Positions 14,190 to 26,673 of a stretch of DNA of 64,000 nucleotides are shown here, in pieces. The position numbers were made by a program, and so were the translations under genes. Positions within the stretch are counted from its first letter, which is position 1. Every line of letters begins with the position of its first letter. The stretch is from Antedon mediterranea (taxonomy: Eukaryota > Animalia > Echinodermata), in assembly GCF_964355755.1 (NCBI RefSeq), contig NC_092673.1, forward strand, positions 19,713,648 to 19,777,647, written 5' to 3'. Below the pieces are notes generated by a model that searched no databases, had not been told where the DNA came from, and worked only from the letters and a program-made list of their open reading frames with translations.

Positions 14190-16020
14190 ATAGCCTTCTA
14201 CTTTTGGCATTTAGGCCATAACGAGCTGCTGCAAATATGAAAGCATACGGTAGATGCTATATCTGAACCTATAGCTCTCATTTGTACAATCGTGCCTAAA
14301 AAGTTATACCATCTAATAATACAGCCACAGTAATGCTCTTGATATCTTTTTGACTTTCCGCGTCTGACGGAAAATGGCAGTTTTCTTTTTCTAACTATTT
14401 GCAATCTTTACGTCACATTGGTTGATCGAAGGTTATTATGACTGGCAGATAAGCAGCTAGATTTACATTTGTGCATAAATGCAGACCATTTAGGGTGACT
14501 AGTGTTGATCTCCCAGTGTATTCATAAGATCTGTTACTTGCTTTATCCATAAGTTGTACTTTAAACTGCAAGTTGGCCATGTTTCTCTCTATATTTGGAA
14601 AATATCTTTACAGTCTATGTAACTTCTTTAGAATATCTTGTTTGTTAGTTTCTTCTCGCGAATGATAGTTACCTTACACTCTCTGGTATCTTCTTGTGTA
14701 CCTCCTTGGTCGTAATCAGTATGGAACTCGATCTTGTGATTAACTCACGACGTCGACATAGTAATAATAAGGATTGTGATAGCGATAGATCTCGGAGACT
14801 AGACAAAGAGGATTGTACATAAATGTTATTATTGTGCCCGTTTGATTGGGAATTTTAAAACTATTACTGTATTTAACAAACTGAATGCAAAAAATGAAAC
14901 ATCTAAAACCAGTGGAGCAGAGCCTTCAACTATGAAGTTTGGTCCTAAATGGAATAAGAAGATCTGATCCCTTTCCGACTATGTATTTTAGAATGCTGAT
15001 TTTCTATTCTGTAACCATCAAAACATAGACTTAGTTATCAAAATCATGTCTTCATTATGAGCTAAGAAATGGTGGCCATTTTTAAAACAAAATGGTGGCC
15101 ATTAAGTAAACTTTAAAAAAAATGCTGTAATTGAAATCCTTGACCCTCAAACATATACATTGCCACCAAAATCACTTCCATACATTTTGATTTAAATTTA
15201 TATTTATACCTCTTCAGTCAAAGACTGGTTTCCCAGAGGGCCCAGTTGGTGATCAGTGGCTGTGATGTACTAATACACCGGGGTAACCCCCTACTCGTCT
15301 CGAAAGATGTACTAGGTTCTTTAAAGTGCACACGAGCTAGTTGTGTACACTGGACCTACGGTTTATACTCCTTATCCGAGAAGACTCCTACTCGTTCTAC
15401 CACCAGGACCATGGAGTGAGTGAGCCTCGAACCCCTGCCGATGTTATGGCTACGTAATTACGGTTCCACTGTCTTAACCGCTCGGCCACTCACTCACTCA
15501 CTCACTCACTCACTCATGCCGTTGAAGCTGAGATAAGAGCAAAAATCTGCAATTTTATGGTGAAAAACAAAATGGCGGCCATTTAGTGAATTACGAATAT
15601 GCTGTTTTTCTATTTCTTGACACTCACAACTACACTTTGCCACAAAAATCACATTCATACGCTATGTAGAAATTGAGATGAGTACGGTACAAATCTGTAT
15701 TTTATGGAGGCCATTTTGAAAAACAAGATCGCGGACATTCAATAAACTTCAAAATGCTGTATTTGGATTCATTGACCCTCAAAACATATACTTTGCCACC
15801 AAAATCATATCCATACATGATGTACAAGCTGATATATGAGCAAAAATATGTATTTTATGGCGGCCATTTTAAAATCCAAAATGGCGGCTTTCCCCAGGCC
15901 AGATGAGCTGGAACTTTTTTTGTGGATATATAGAACCTATTTAACTCAAATCAGTTGAGAAACACTTGTTTCTAATTTTTTCCCAGATTGACCCTTTTTA
16001 GACTTAAAATAGGGATACTA
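14190..16020 (-). mobile_element. Second decayed Academ-like element: transposase core relic plus long terminal region ending ...AAATAGGGATACTA
   Basis: Minus strand ~14500-14280 reads PKWSAFMHK, LPVIITFDQPM*RK, NFLGTIVQM (cf. PVxTFDQPLW...FLGxIG of Academ-type transposases). 15040-16020 has repeated aaaatggcggccatt subunits and a TAG..CTA-type end abutting a truncated Kolobok-like MITE. Confidence 0.55.
15205..15515 (-). mobile_element. tRNA-derived SINE (Deu/Nin-core-like)
   Basis: On the minus strand: (GAGT)n head, A box TGGCCGAGCGG, B box GGTTCGAGGC, core gtgcactttaaagaacc; other copies at 33080-33320 (-) and 41190-41465 (+). Confidence 0.75.
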
Positions 16021-16959
16021 TTGGCTGGCAGCCAATTTGAATATTTTTTGCTTTAAATTACAGTTTTTTAGGTAAAAACATTTTTTCTGATCTAATTTTT
16101 GGTGACATAAAATGGCATATTAAAAAAAAGACAACAATTATTTTTTCAGGGGAACATATATATATATATATCTATAAATTAATCTTAATTACTAAAAAAA
16201 ACATAAATAAATAAAGAAATTGTATTTTAACTTGATTTTAGATGCATTTGTGACAAAAATAAATGGAGGATAGTAATATCCCTTTTTCATAAATAGCTTA
16301 TTGTTTAAGCAAAATACCTTAACATATTTGTTTATTACATAATGTAATAGGCCTATGCTAAATATGTACAAGAAGAAAGCACATTCTTTAAAAAAAATCA
16401 CTGAAACTATTTAATATTAAATAGTAATAATAATAATATTGAAAATACATTTTGTTTTCAGATGTTAGAATCAGTTGAACTCCGTTATAATTTAAGGATA
16501 TTTTAATCATACATGTTTTAGCCAAATAAGTGTTTTGGTATGATTTAAAAAACAATATTTATACTTTCCAACTTTGAAATTAACCTTCTTAACTACAAGG
16601 TATCAACCAAAGAACTTATAATGGCGCCGCCCATTAGCTCTATTCTATCCCACAATGCCTTTCGAAATTGTTAACTGTGTTTATAAATGTGGCAATTTCT
16701 CTGAGTATATGTACACTGATTAGCATAAGCATAATAATATGAATATGAATATTTAATATGAATCAGTACATTACTTTAATTGAATTGACTAGCAACATTT
16801 TGAAATATCTACATAAATACATATGCGAGACCAGCTCTATAATCCTGCCACAACTTTATAACGAGTTTTATTAACAATACTCAATATTAGGTATAGGTGC
16901 ATTTTTGTTTAATTTAATGTTATACTTGAGCATCAAACTAGATGATACCTCTTAATATT

Positions 16960-17755
16960 TAGTAAGTAAAAATATTAGATATAACTTGATTAAAAACATC
17001 TCTCCATAATCGTTCAATTGTTTCATTGTGTTATTGGGACCCTGAACTAGGTCCATAAAAAGAGCAACGAAAAAGTTTTCGCCACCATGATCTGATCGTG
17101 TTCTTGATGGAAGGTCATATTGTATGGTAGCATTTACAAAATGACTCAAAACAGTTTTTGAAGAGTTATCATGTCCACAGTTAAAAAGGTAATGCACCGT
17201 GAAAAACCTTCAATATCCATGGATGACAAGCTTCCACCTGGAAGAAAAAAAAACAATCATCAAATTTTCAATAAGGATCTATGCTTCGCTAATGCTAAAT
17301 CACAGATTTTACTTTTAGCTTTCTGAACAATTTTTCTTTTATTTGGTATAAAACAAAATCACAACCCCAATGGGCAAACCTGTGATTTACAAAACAAAGA
17401 CAACGGTGATGATTTCTACAGTATTTTCATTTAAATCAATTTATCAAAAAACATTGGCAGAGGTTTGTAGGTACAGGTGGCTCAAGGTTATGAATTTTGT
17501 GCTACATCTTATCCACAGCTCAGACTTTTGTACTATAAATACTAAGTATGAAGAATTTATATTAGAATCGTAAAGGTGTAACAAAAAATCTTTATAGTAA
17601 TAATCATATTTACAGACCCCTTTAAAACTACAATGTAGTAATAATCTTCGCCTCATACGATAAGCAAGTTGAGCAACATTTTTCTATTTGTTACCTTATA
17701 AGCTTCATATCCATCCATACGGTATGCCATAAACTGTTAGGTGTTGGGAAATAAT
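16960..17755 (-). mobile_element. Decayed rve/IS3-like integrase-type transposase (IS3EU-like), intron-containing
   Basis: Minus strand across frameshifts: PTPNSLWH..KLIR | intron | WKLVIHG..EGFSRCI..LPSRTRSDHGGEN..HNETIERLWRDV, the typical motif series of this DDE family. Confidence 0.75.
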
Positions 17756-18289
17756 AGAAAGGTTTCGCAATCTTACGAATACGATAACGAAAACGGATAC
17801 GTCACGCACACGTATTCGTTTTCGTAAGCCATAAAAAAATCTGTTTCGCATGGCAACGAAATATTGAGGCGCGTCTAAAATATGACTGCGATAAATTTGA
17901 GCGAAGCGCAGGTACGTGTTGCTTGGTGCTTGACTGCCTAGGCCTAGCGTAACATCAACGCGAGTGAGGACTTTAAAAACTGCTATTTATCAAAATTGAC
18001 TTGGCATTTTAGTAAATTACTTTAGTAAATTACTTTCAATAAATCTATAATCAAGTTTCAAGTTTCAAGTTTCAATTATATTATAATCATGAATCATTCC
18101 TGATTCAAATGCAAAATGTGCCAAAATAGATCAAAAACTATACTCGTTTTGTAGTTACGAATAGGACTGGTGATATTCGTCAACACGAATACGCTTTACG
18201 AATATGAAATGGGGATCAGCTCAAAAGTTTCACAAATGTATGACGTATCCGTTTCGTTATCGTATTCGTAAGATTGCGAAACCTCTCTA
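17756..18289. mobile_element. MITE with ~49-bp TIRs (Harbinger-like)
   Basis: tagaaaggtttcgcaatcttacgaatacgataacgaaaacggatacgtca at 17756-17804 and its reverse complement at 18241-18289. Confidence 0.6.
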
Positions 18290-19999
18290 TTATTTCCCAA
18301 CACCTAACAGTTTATGGCATACCGTATGGATGGATATGAAGCTTATAAGGTAACAAATAGAAAAATGTTGCTCAACTTGCTTATCGTATGAGGCGAAGAT
18401 TATTACTACATTGTAGTTTTAAAGGGGTCTGTAAATATGATTATTACTATAAAGATTTTTTGTTACACCTTTACGATTCTATGATAACCTCCCTATTATG
18501 TTCTCCTTTTTACAGCTTTACTCCATCGCTCAGCTACAGCTGGTGGGTCTACCCGATTTGGCGAGCTACAGTACGAACTCTCCTTCGCTGTATTACACAC
18601 ACAACCATTTACATTAAAAAATGCCCTCATCATCTAAGAAAGAATTACAATATAAATTTATAAAACATTTTGTTGAGTTGAGGTTTGACAAATTTAATAT
18701 GGTATTTTTTATAATACAATATTTTTTCTGTAAGAAGGACATTAATAAATTTTTATTTAAATTAATTTTAAATTGATACCGTACGTTATTCATTTACATA
18801 ACAGACTCAAATGAATTAGTTCCACCAACATGTTTGTAGGGGCTGGGGTATGTACTTAAATTTTAAAAGGGGTTATTTCCAATGAATAATATAAAAGAAC
18901 CTTCAAATGACAATGACAGGTTTTATATTGTACTATTTTATTCTGTATTTCATTTTCACTGTTTATTAAATATTTTTAAATATTTTTTAAGAGTTTGGCA
19001 TGAAAATGTTTTAAAAATATAATATGAGGGTTGTATTAAATTACCTGGTGCCCTGCATTTAGGAAGTCTGAGTGAAGAGACTGTACTTCTTGATCTATTT
19101 CCTCATCTGTGATGCCCGAATATTTTGAACGGAACCGTAAACCAAGCGATGCTAGCTTCTTATATACAAATGATGCTGAACATCCTAATTGTTTTACTTT
19201 GCAGTGTAAACCTAATTATGGACGTCAATTGCTCAATAGACATTTTGATTGTGGGTCTTCCTCCTTTTTTACCTGCAGTTATTCAAATTATAAAATAGAC
19301 ATGACATACATTAATATAACAAGCCTATATAATATAATTCAAAGCCGGAACTTTAATGTTCTTGCATCTGGCCCAACAATGGCCAGGACAGGAGGTGGCT
19401 AGGGGAGCTCGAGTGGCATAGATATATACATTTTTCGTATGATTGAAATAAAGAAACAAACAGAGGACTATAAAGTAGAAGGACGTATAAAATGAGGCCC
19501 CTTCTGCTTAGTGTAAGTGTCCGAGTACATTTCTCACGTACCGATTAGAAAAAAAAAAGTTTTTGTCTACGTTAGGTTCCGATGTTGTGCTGTCAGAATT
19601 TACCATGGGATCTTCCTCTGTGGAAAGATGATCATTCAACGTTTTGACTTCATCGGAGCATGTTTATTTATAACAAATTGATAATCGAACTAATGATACG
19701 TTTGACTTACCTTGGTTGTTATACGGATTACAGACTATTCTAATTAAAAAAAAGTCGTCATTTTTAATGACAACGCTAATGAAACAAGGAAATAAGTGAT
19801 TGGCTGGTTCATTGCTATACTTGAGTTAAAAGGCCTTGGCTTAATTTAAAATCATATCGTACTCTCGGGGATACGTTCTTATTAAATGATCGAACTAACG
19901 TATCTCACCTTTTGTACGTTCCTGGCGGTTTACGGTACTGTATTTAGATGTTGTCTCTATCGACTACACAGCAGATAATACCAAACTGACTTCTAGACA

Positions 20000-22900
20000 A
20001 TGTATTCCATATACATGTATCAATACTTTGTAATCGTAATATCGGCAGTGTATGCAGATGATACTTATCTTCTCCAGACAACAGCGCCTCAGACACCCGC
20101 CGAAAACTGCCAAACGATGTCTGGTAACATTTACATCGGTGGTCTTGTTAATATCCATCGTGTCAGCGAGGTAATAGACGATAGCTTGACAGAAGGACCA
20201 ATTAAAGAAAAATGCTCAGAACCATACGATAACGGAATATACACTTCCTTGTCCATCATCCACGCTATTGAAGAAATAAATTCTCGCACGTACTTAGATT
20301 TGAAAAATGTAACTCTTGGATACGTGTTGGCGGATAGCTGTCGTTCAAGAACTGGTGCCCTTCGAGGGACGATTCAACTCTCCAGTGGTACATGCGGTCC
20401 TGAAGAAGCTCCTATTGCAGTCGTTGCTGATACTTTCTCCGGTTCTCTTAGTCCCGTGGCTCATTACTTACAGCTTACGACAACCCCACTTATTGCCGTA
20501 TTTTCTACAAGTGTTGAATTCACTAACATGGAGTTTTATCCGACCTTTTTTCGAACTGTGCCGAACGACGACCACCAGTCTGAAGCATTGGTTCACATTG
20601 TCGACAGTTTTAATTGGAAGTGGGTGGGTGCTATTGCCACCGATGAAAACTATGGTCACTACGGTGTTAGCCACTTTAAGGAAATTGCTATGAAAAGAGG
20701 AATATGCCTTGCTTTTGAATCCTACGTGCCAACATTTATAGATTCGAATAGCGTTTCTGATGTTGTCGATTTAATAATGAAATATCCTAAGGTTAAAGTT
20801 ATTATAACTTTTATTAGTAGCGGTTACGAAGTGTTAAAGGTACTGGAGGAATGTGACAAAAAGAACATTGACAGTAAGTGTTTATTATATTTACTAGAAT
20901 ATTTACTCGCTTTGCCCACGGACCACCTAGGCCGTGCCCTCTCGAAAGAGAAACCATTTTAAAATATATTCTTTATCCATTTAGTTACGAAATAATAATT
21001 GTTTTATGTATGTAATAATATACCACTAAACACAGTGTCACAAGATGAGTCCAAATGTTTGAGTCAAATTTACACAAATAGTCGATTGAAATAGTAAAGT
21101 ACAAGTAACGATACACCACTATGACGTTTATATTTTATGTAATTCCAGTTTTAATTAATACAAACGTTGAGAAGCAACTGTCAGTAATAATTTATTTGTA
21201 TGTGTTTATATAATGTAAAACAGTTTGTGTAAAACACCTCTATTGGGGACAAATCGTAAATTCGCTTCAATCGTCAATAAATTATCTAAATAAATCTAAC
21301 TAAATTAGTAGGCCTAATGGTTTTCAATTGTTTCTTAGAGCCAATTTTATTTTTTTTTTTTTACATACTATGTGTTTACATTTACATATTTTGTGTAATT
21401 GCGATAATTTTGTTTAATGATGACCATTACTTTACTTGTCTTTTGAATGTATATTGTTTCTTACCATGTAATTCAGCAGATTTGCTGAAAATTGGTTTGA
21501 TTTTTAATAAAAAAAAAATTTATACTTAAGTGGGTTCCTACCCACCAACGTTGTTCTGCGTTAGGGTATGTGATCCTTCGTAGGCTAATGTAGGCCTATC
21601 CCAATTTGTTTAGTATCTTAATTAGAGCCAGTTCATACGGTACTTAGTTATTTACAAGAGTAAGTTGGTTCCTACGCACCAAAGGTTGCGGTAACTGCTC
21701 TCAAGAAAGCAACTAACTCGGGTATATAACTATGTAACCCTTAGAAAGTTATGTGATACAGCGGTTTTGGTAAAAGCATTGAGAAAAATGTTACGCGCGA
21801 TTTACTGAAATGTCCTAATACGAATACGAATAAAGCCCTGAATACGTCCTATAAAAACCTACGTCCTTACGTAAAGGAATACAATGTCATACGCTCTTTC
21901 AATTGCCCAAATGGCCCTCGAATACAGAACTTTGACGTTAATAACTGGAAATGGTAAAGATGAACACAGAGTGAATGAATACAGCGAATAAATAAACTTT
22001 AGACTTGAATTGTCTGTATCGCATGGTTACTGGCCTGCCACATTCCTGTCTCATTATTTTAAAATATGATAGAGTGGTATCTTCATATTTATAAAATTCT
22101 CATCAAACATGGATTGTTTTCTTACAACAACGTCTTGCAATTAAGGAATATTATATATTATATGTATTTGTTGTTCACTACTCATACATCTACTGGTATT
22201 ATTAGCATTATATATTTTAACTGATCAATTGAAATATTAAGATGTACTGGCTTTACAACGTTACTAATGACATTGAGGGGGGAAGGTGTTGTGGGTGGTG
22301 ATTGAACTGCAATAATAAAGTTGATTGTACAGATATAGACGGCGACTGAAACTGTCAGCTCATTTCTGTTTAAAAATACTTATATCCGCAGTATATCTGC
22401 AGTCACAGATTTTTAAAATCGATCGATGAGTGTACTTTCCTTTGTTATTACGCCTGCGGGAATAGACGCTTGTGAAAGAGCGATTGGAATGTTCCATTTA
22501 TTGCAAATCAATACATTTGTATAAACGTATATCAAATCTATCAAAACAGTATTTTTCTATTCTTCAACATTATGATGCTGTACTAGAGCTGTGGATTTTC
22601 AAATATTAAAAACAATTATCGTAGAAGGAGATAGGTAAATGCGAAGAATCCTCGTATTATTGTGTGCGGGTATTTTTCAAGATGGACATCCATTAGACCG
22701 TGTATACCACGATCGGAAAATCGTTGAACCTAAATTCGTTTTAGTTGTCAATAACTAATTCTAACTCAATTTAATTAGTAAATAGAGTTACATCAGGTGG
22801 TTAAAATCAGTACCCGAACCAACTTTATATACCATCGAGTACGGTAAACATCTAGAAGTAACGCGCGATTTACCGAATTTTGCTCTAACGTAAATTTATA

Positions 22901-25900
22901 TATAGATAAATACCATAAATAAAGTAATTATTTACAGAATAAAAAATAGAGAAAATATGAACCGAAGCGAGGCGATAATTCATCCTTCAAACAAAAAAGA
23001 AAAGAATTATGTATATGAATTATCATATACAGTCACGTCACCGGTACATTTCATCATCATCATTTTATATAAATCGTTATTTTAATTTTGTAAAGATGTT
23101 TTTAATTTCGATTGATGCATTTTGACATTTATAATAACCTTGGGTTTTAAGCTTTCACAATATCTATGATTAAAAGATTTCTATGATTTGCAAAAAACTA
23201 TAAGGTAGATTGATTTACAACATAGTTAAAAAGTACATTATTATTGTATTTAATGATTTACAAAAAATTCAATTTCAAATTCAAATAAAAAAAAAATCAT
23301 TATTATTTCCTTGAGAAAAGACCAAAATACCTCTGATTTGATGGATTTCTTTCCATTTGTCGATAACTTAAATTTCTCCCTGAAATTGTTTTTGTTTATT
23401 AGGCCTATGCCATTTTAATGTTAAATAATAGTTGTTCACTTCTACAAAAAATTGGATCGAAAAGAAAAATATTTACATAAAAAACTGTCAAATTTTCTGT
23501 CAGGTGTTTGGTCTTTATATAAGTAAAATCATTATTTTTGTTTTGGTTTTTATTATGTGACATTAAAATGGCATTCAACAAAATCAATTTTTTTTTAGGG
23601 GGCAATATATCTTGAAAGCCCGTAGTCTCTTAGACATTATGATAGACTATTCAGAAAAATATATAATGAATAGGCACAATTCCAAAAGAAATAATCGGCT
23701 CTCTGTCCAGTTTGTAAATCATGGGAGGTGGTGTTCATTGTGATCTATATAAATCAATCCAATGTATTTTTGTTTCTATTAGAAAAGGTTTGGATAGGAA
23801 CAGATGCTTGGATAATTTCACGAATATTTGCTTCAAATGTATTTTACAATGTCATTGATGCGGTGATTGGTACCTCTATTGAAGAAGTTCGTAATGAAGA
23901 TTTCTGGAACTATTTCTTATCTCGTAAACCCAACAACACTAATCTGAATTCTTGGTTTATTGAATATTGGGAGAAAATATTTTCTTGCCAGTTGTTTAAC
24001 TATAAAGAGAACAACGAAACGGAGGTGAATCAAGAATGTTGGTCGCATTCACTAGAAGAAAAGGCTGATGAATTCAGAACATTCATTGATTTTACAACGT
24101 ATAATGCCGTGTATGCTATTGGTTATGCCATTTATGACATCATTGAATGCAGGCCTCCTAATGGACTGTTGCAGGATGGACGTTGTCCTGACATAAACAA
24201 CCTTGAACCGTGGGCACTAATGCAGTATCTTAGAAACGTGAACTTTACTCATCCTATTATTAAAGATCGTCAATTTATGTTTGATGACAATTATGAAGTT
24301 TTAGCTCGCTACACGGTTTACTACTGGAAACGTACGTCAGAAAATACCGTTAAAGTTGAAGTAATTGGAAGTTATGACCAGTCAAGTTATCCACACTTGG
24401 AAATGAACACGTCAACAATATTATGGAATGGAGGAAATTTGACGAAGGTATACCACTTTCCTTGTAAAAAATGTTCTATAAAAAGTTTTCTCTCATGTAT
24501 CAGGCACTTATGTTTATATTTAATTTTAAAGATTCCAATGTCGGTTTGTAGCTTTCCATGTCAGCCAGGTAGCAGAAAGGCGATTGATGCGAGTAAGCCT
24601 AGTTGCTGCTTTGATTGCTTCAAATGTTCCGATGGTACAATTTCGACTACTCAAGGTACGGTGATGGTATACATACTTTCAATCAGTATTTTAACAATTA
24701 TTCATTTTTTATATTTCTAAAAATGTTCTTATTTCCATTTATGTGACGTCAATATTAATTTTCATTGTATTGTCCTCCTGAAAAATGTAAAAAAAATTTG
24801 TTGTAATTTTAATGTCAGATAATATTTATCCGCACCACGTGATATCCACCACAAAATTGGATTGAAAAAAAATGATTCAAATTGGTTGCAAGCCAATGAG
24901 TTTTTGGTTGAATTTCACCATTGATTTGGTCATTTTAGAAATGAAAACATTAATTTTCCCGTTTTTTTCTACGGAATTGATTGAAACTATACAAAATATG
25001 AAATATGAAATATGAAATAAGATATTGAAAGTCTAATTACATTATTCTTCAATTTTCACATGTTTTTTTTTTTTTTGGCGGGGGAGGGGGGAGTGGGGGA
25101 CAAAACATCTTTAAGTATAATTTGCTTGTCGGAAAATATTTGGATAATTAAATAAAATTATTGTTGAAAACTTTTTGTCTAGACCAAACCAAATGCACAG
25201 CTTGCGAGGATGGTTACTTCTCAAATGAAGAAAACACCAAGTGTTTATTAAAACCTCTAGCAGTAGTGGAATGGAGAGATCCAGTTGTAATTGGTTTCCT
25301 AATCTGGTCCGGTGTTGGCTGTATTTTCACTTTCATCACTGTCGCTATATTTTTCGTAAAACGAGAATCGGAAGTAGTAAAATATTCGTCACGTGATCTG
25401 AGTGTAATACTACAAATCGGAATCATTGCTGGTTACCTATCTTCAATATTGTTCTTAATTCCTCCTACTGACGTCATATGCCAACTGCGCATTGCGGTTC
25501 CTAGTATTATAGCTTGTCTGTTGTTGGCGGTATTTCTAATCAAGATATATATGGTTATCAAAATATTTAACCGCGGGAAAAAGGGAAAGTCAATGATAAA
25601 TGTAAAAATTCGGTTTATCAAATTCCGTTTGTTGTTTGTTTTGTTAATTACCGGTTTTCAAATTTGCATAGTACTTTTATCGTATTTTACATTTTCTGTT
25701 AAGAAAGTAGAGGACATTAAATCATCTACAAAAGAAACAATAATCGAATGCAATGTGACGATTGAAGCCTACATATCCAACGAACTATTCAACTTAATGT
25801 TGATTATCGTCTGTTTCGTGTTCGCATTTCGCGCGCGTAAAATGCCGCATAATTACCACGAAGCACGCTTTATATCCGTCGTGATGACGTTTTGGATAAT

Positions 25901-26141
25901 AATCTTCTTGTTATCGATCACCACTCACTTGTTCACTGTTGGCGAACTACAATCTATAATTGCTGTCATGTTCGTCTTAATTCTTTACACGCTCATTCTG
26001 ATCATGCTTTTTGTACCGAAATGTTACATTCTAGCAATGAATAAAAACAATAACGCGGGAAATCCAATCAAGTCAAGTGGTTCGTGTGCCACAATATCTA
26101 CTATAAGAGAGACCGAGATTCAACATTGTTCACATATTTAA
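20000..26141 (+). CDS. Class C GPCR, calcium-sensing-receptor/V2R-like; exons 20000-20873, 23783-24447, 24532-24655, 25183-26141
   Basis: Signal peptide; Venus flytrap motifs (AIEEIN, TLGYVLADSC, YPTFFRTVPND, FNWKWVG, DENYG, WIGTDAW); Cys-rich NCD3G (SVCSFPCQPG..CCFDC); 7TM with FAFRARKMPHNYHEARFI and FVPKCYI; splice phases consistent. Confidence 0.93.
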
Positions 26142-26673
26142 GACACTTTCTTGCTTCTATTATTATATAGACTTGTAACATATTTATTATTATAACTTGC
26201 ATTGTTACGGTAAATAAATATTGGTGTTGACTACAACTTGTTTGTGAAAAATTAGTACCTGTGTTTAAAATAAGATCGTCACAATTATGACAGAGATAGC
26301 ACGCCATACATGATAGGGTAGTTTATTTGGTTTACTTGTCTGTAAGTTACACCGTCACCTGGAATGACCTCCTGTTGTATACAAAAACAATCGTCAGGAT
26401 CTAGGCACTGACGGAAATTACAGTAATTTGATTTTCCGTTAGTGATCTCTCCAATTTATTCGTATTAAGGTAACAATACGGAACTATGCTTATTACATTT
26501 TAAATTGAAAATAACATCCTGTCGCAAATTCAGGGGCAACTAGAAAAATATGCCAGAAAAAAATGTGGGATTGGTTATTTTTGCTTCCTGTCTAATATTA
26601 TAACAGTAAGGTCGAGTCATATTGAAAAAACGCGAACACCTCAATCAAGTGTTGTTTCTGCAATCTGATAAAC

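Noticed and set aside
17444-18663. Two ORFs starting MRRRLLLHCSF on opposite strands
   Set aside because: Consequence of the inverted duplication; the sequence is intronic to the integrase relic.
19109-19402. 97-aa ORF upstream of the GPCR
   Set aside because: Non-ATG start call, no recognisable motif or splice partners.
26550-26603. Upstream ATG with a signal-peptide-like stretch for the thyroglobulin-repeat gene
   Set aside because: Stops at 26601; ATG 26674 gives a complete in-phase signal peptide. At most a uORF.
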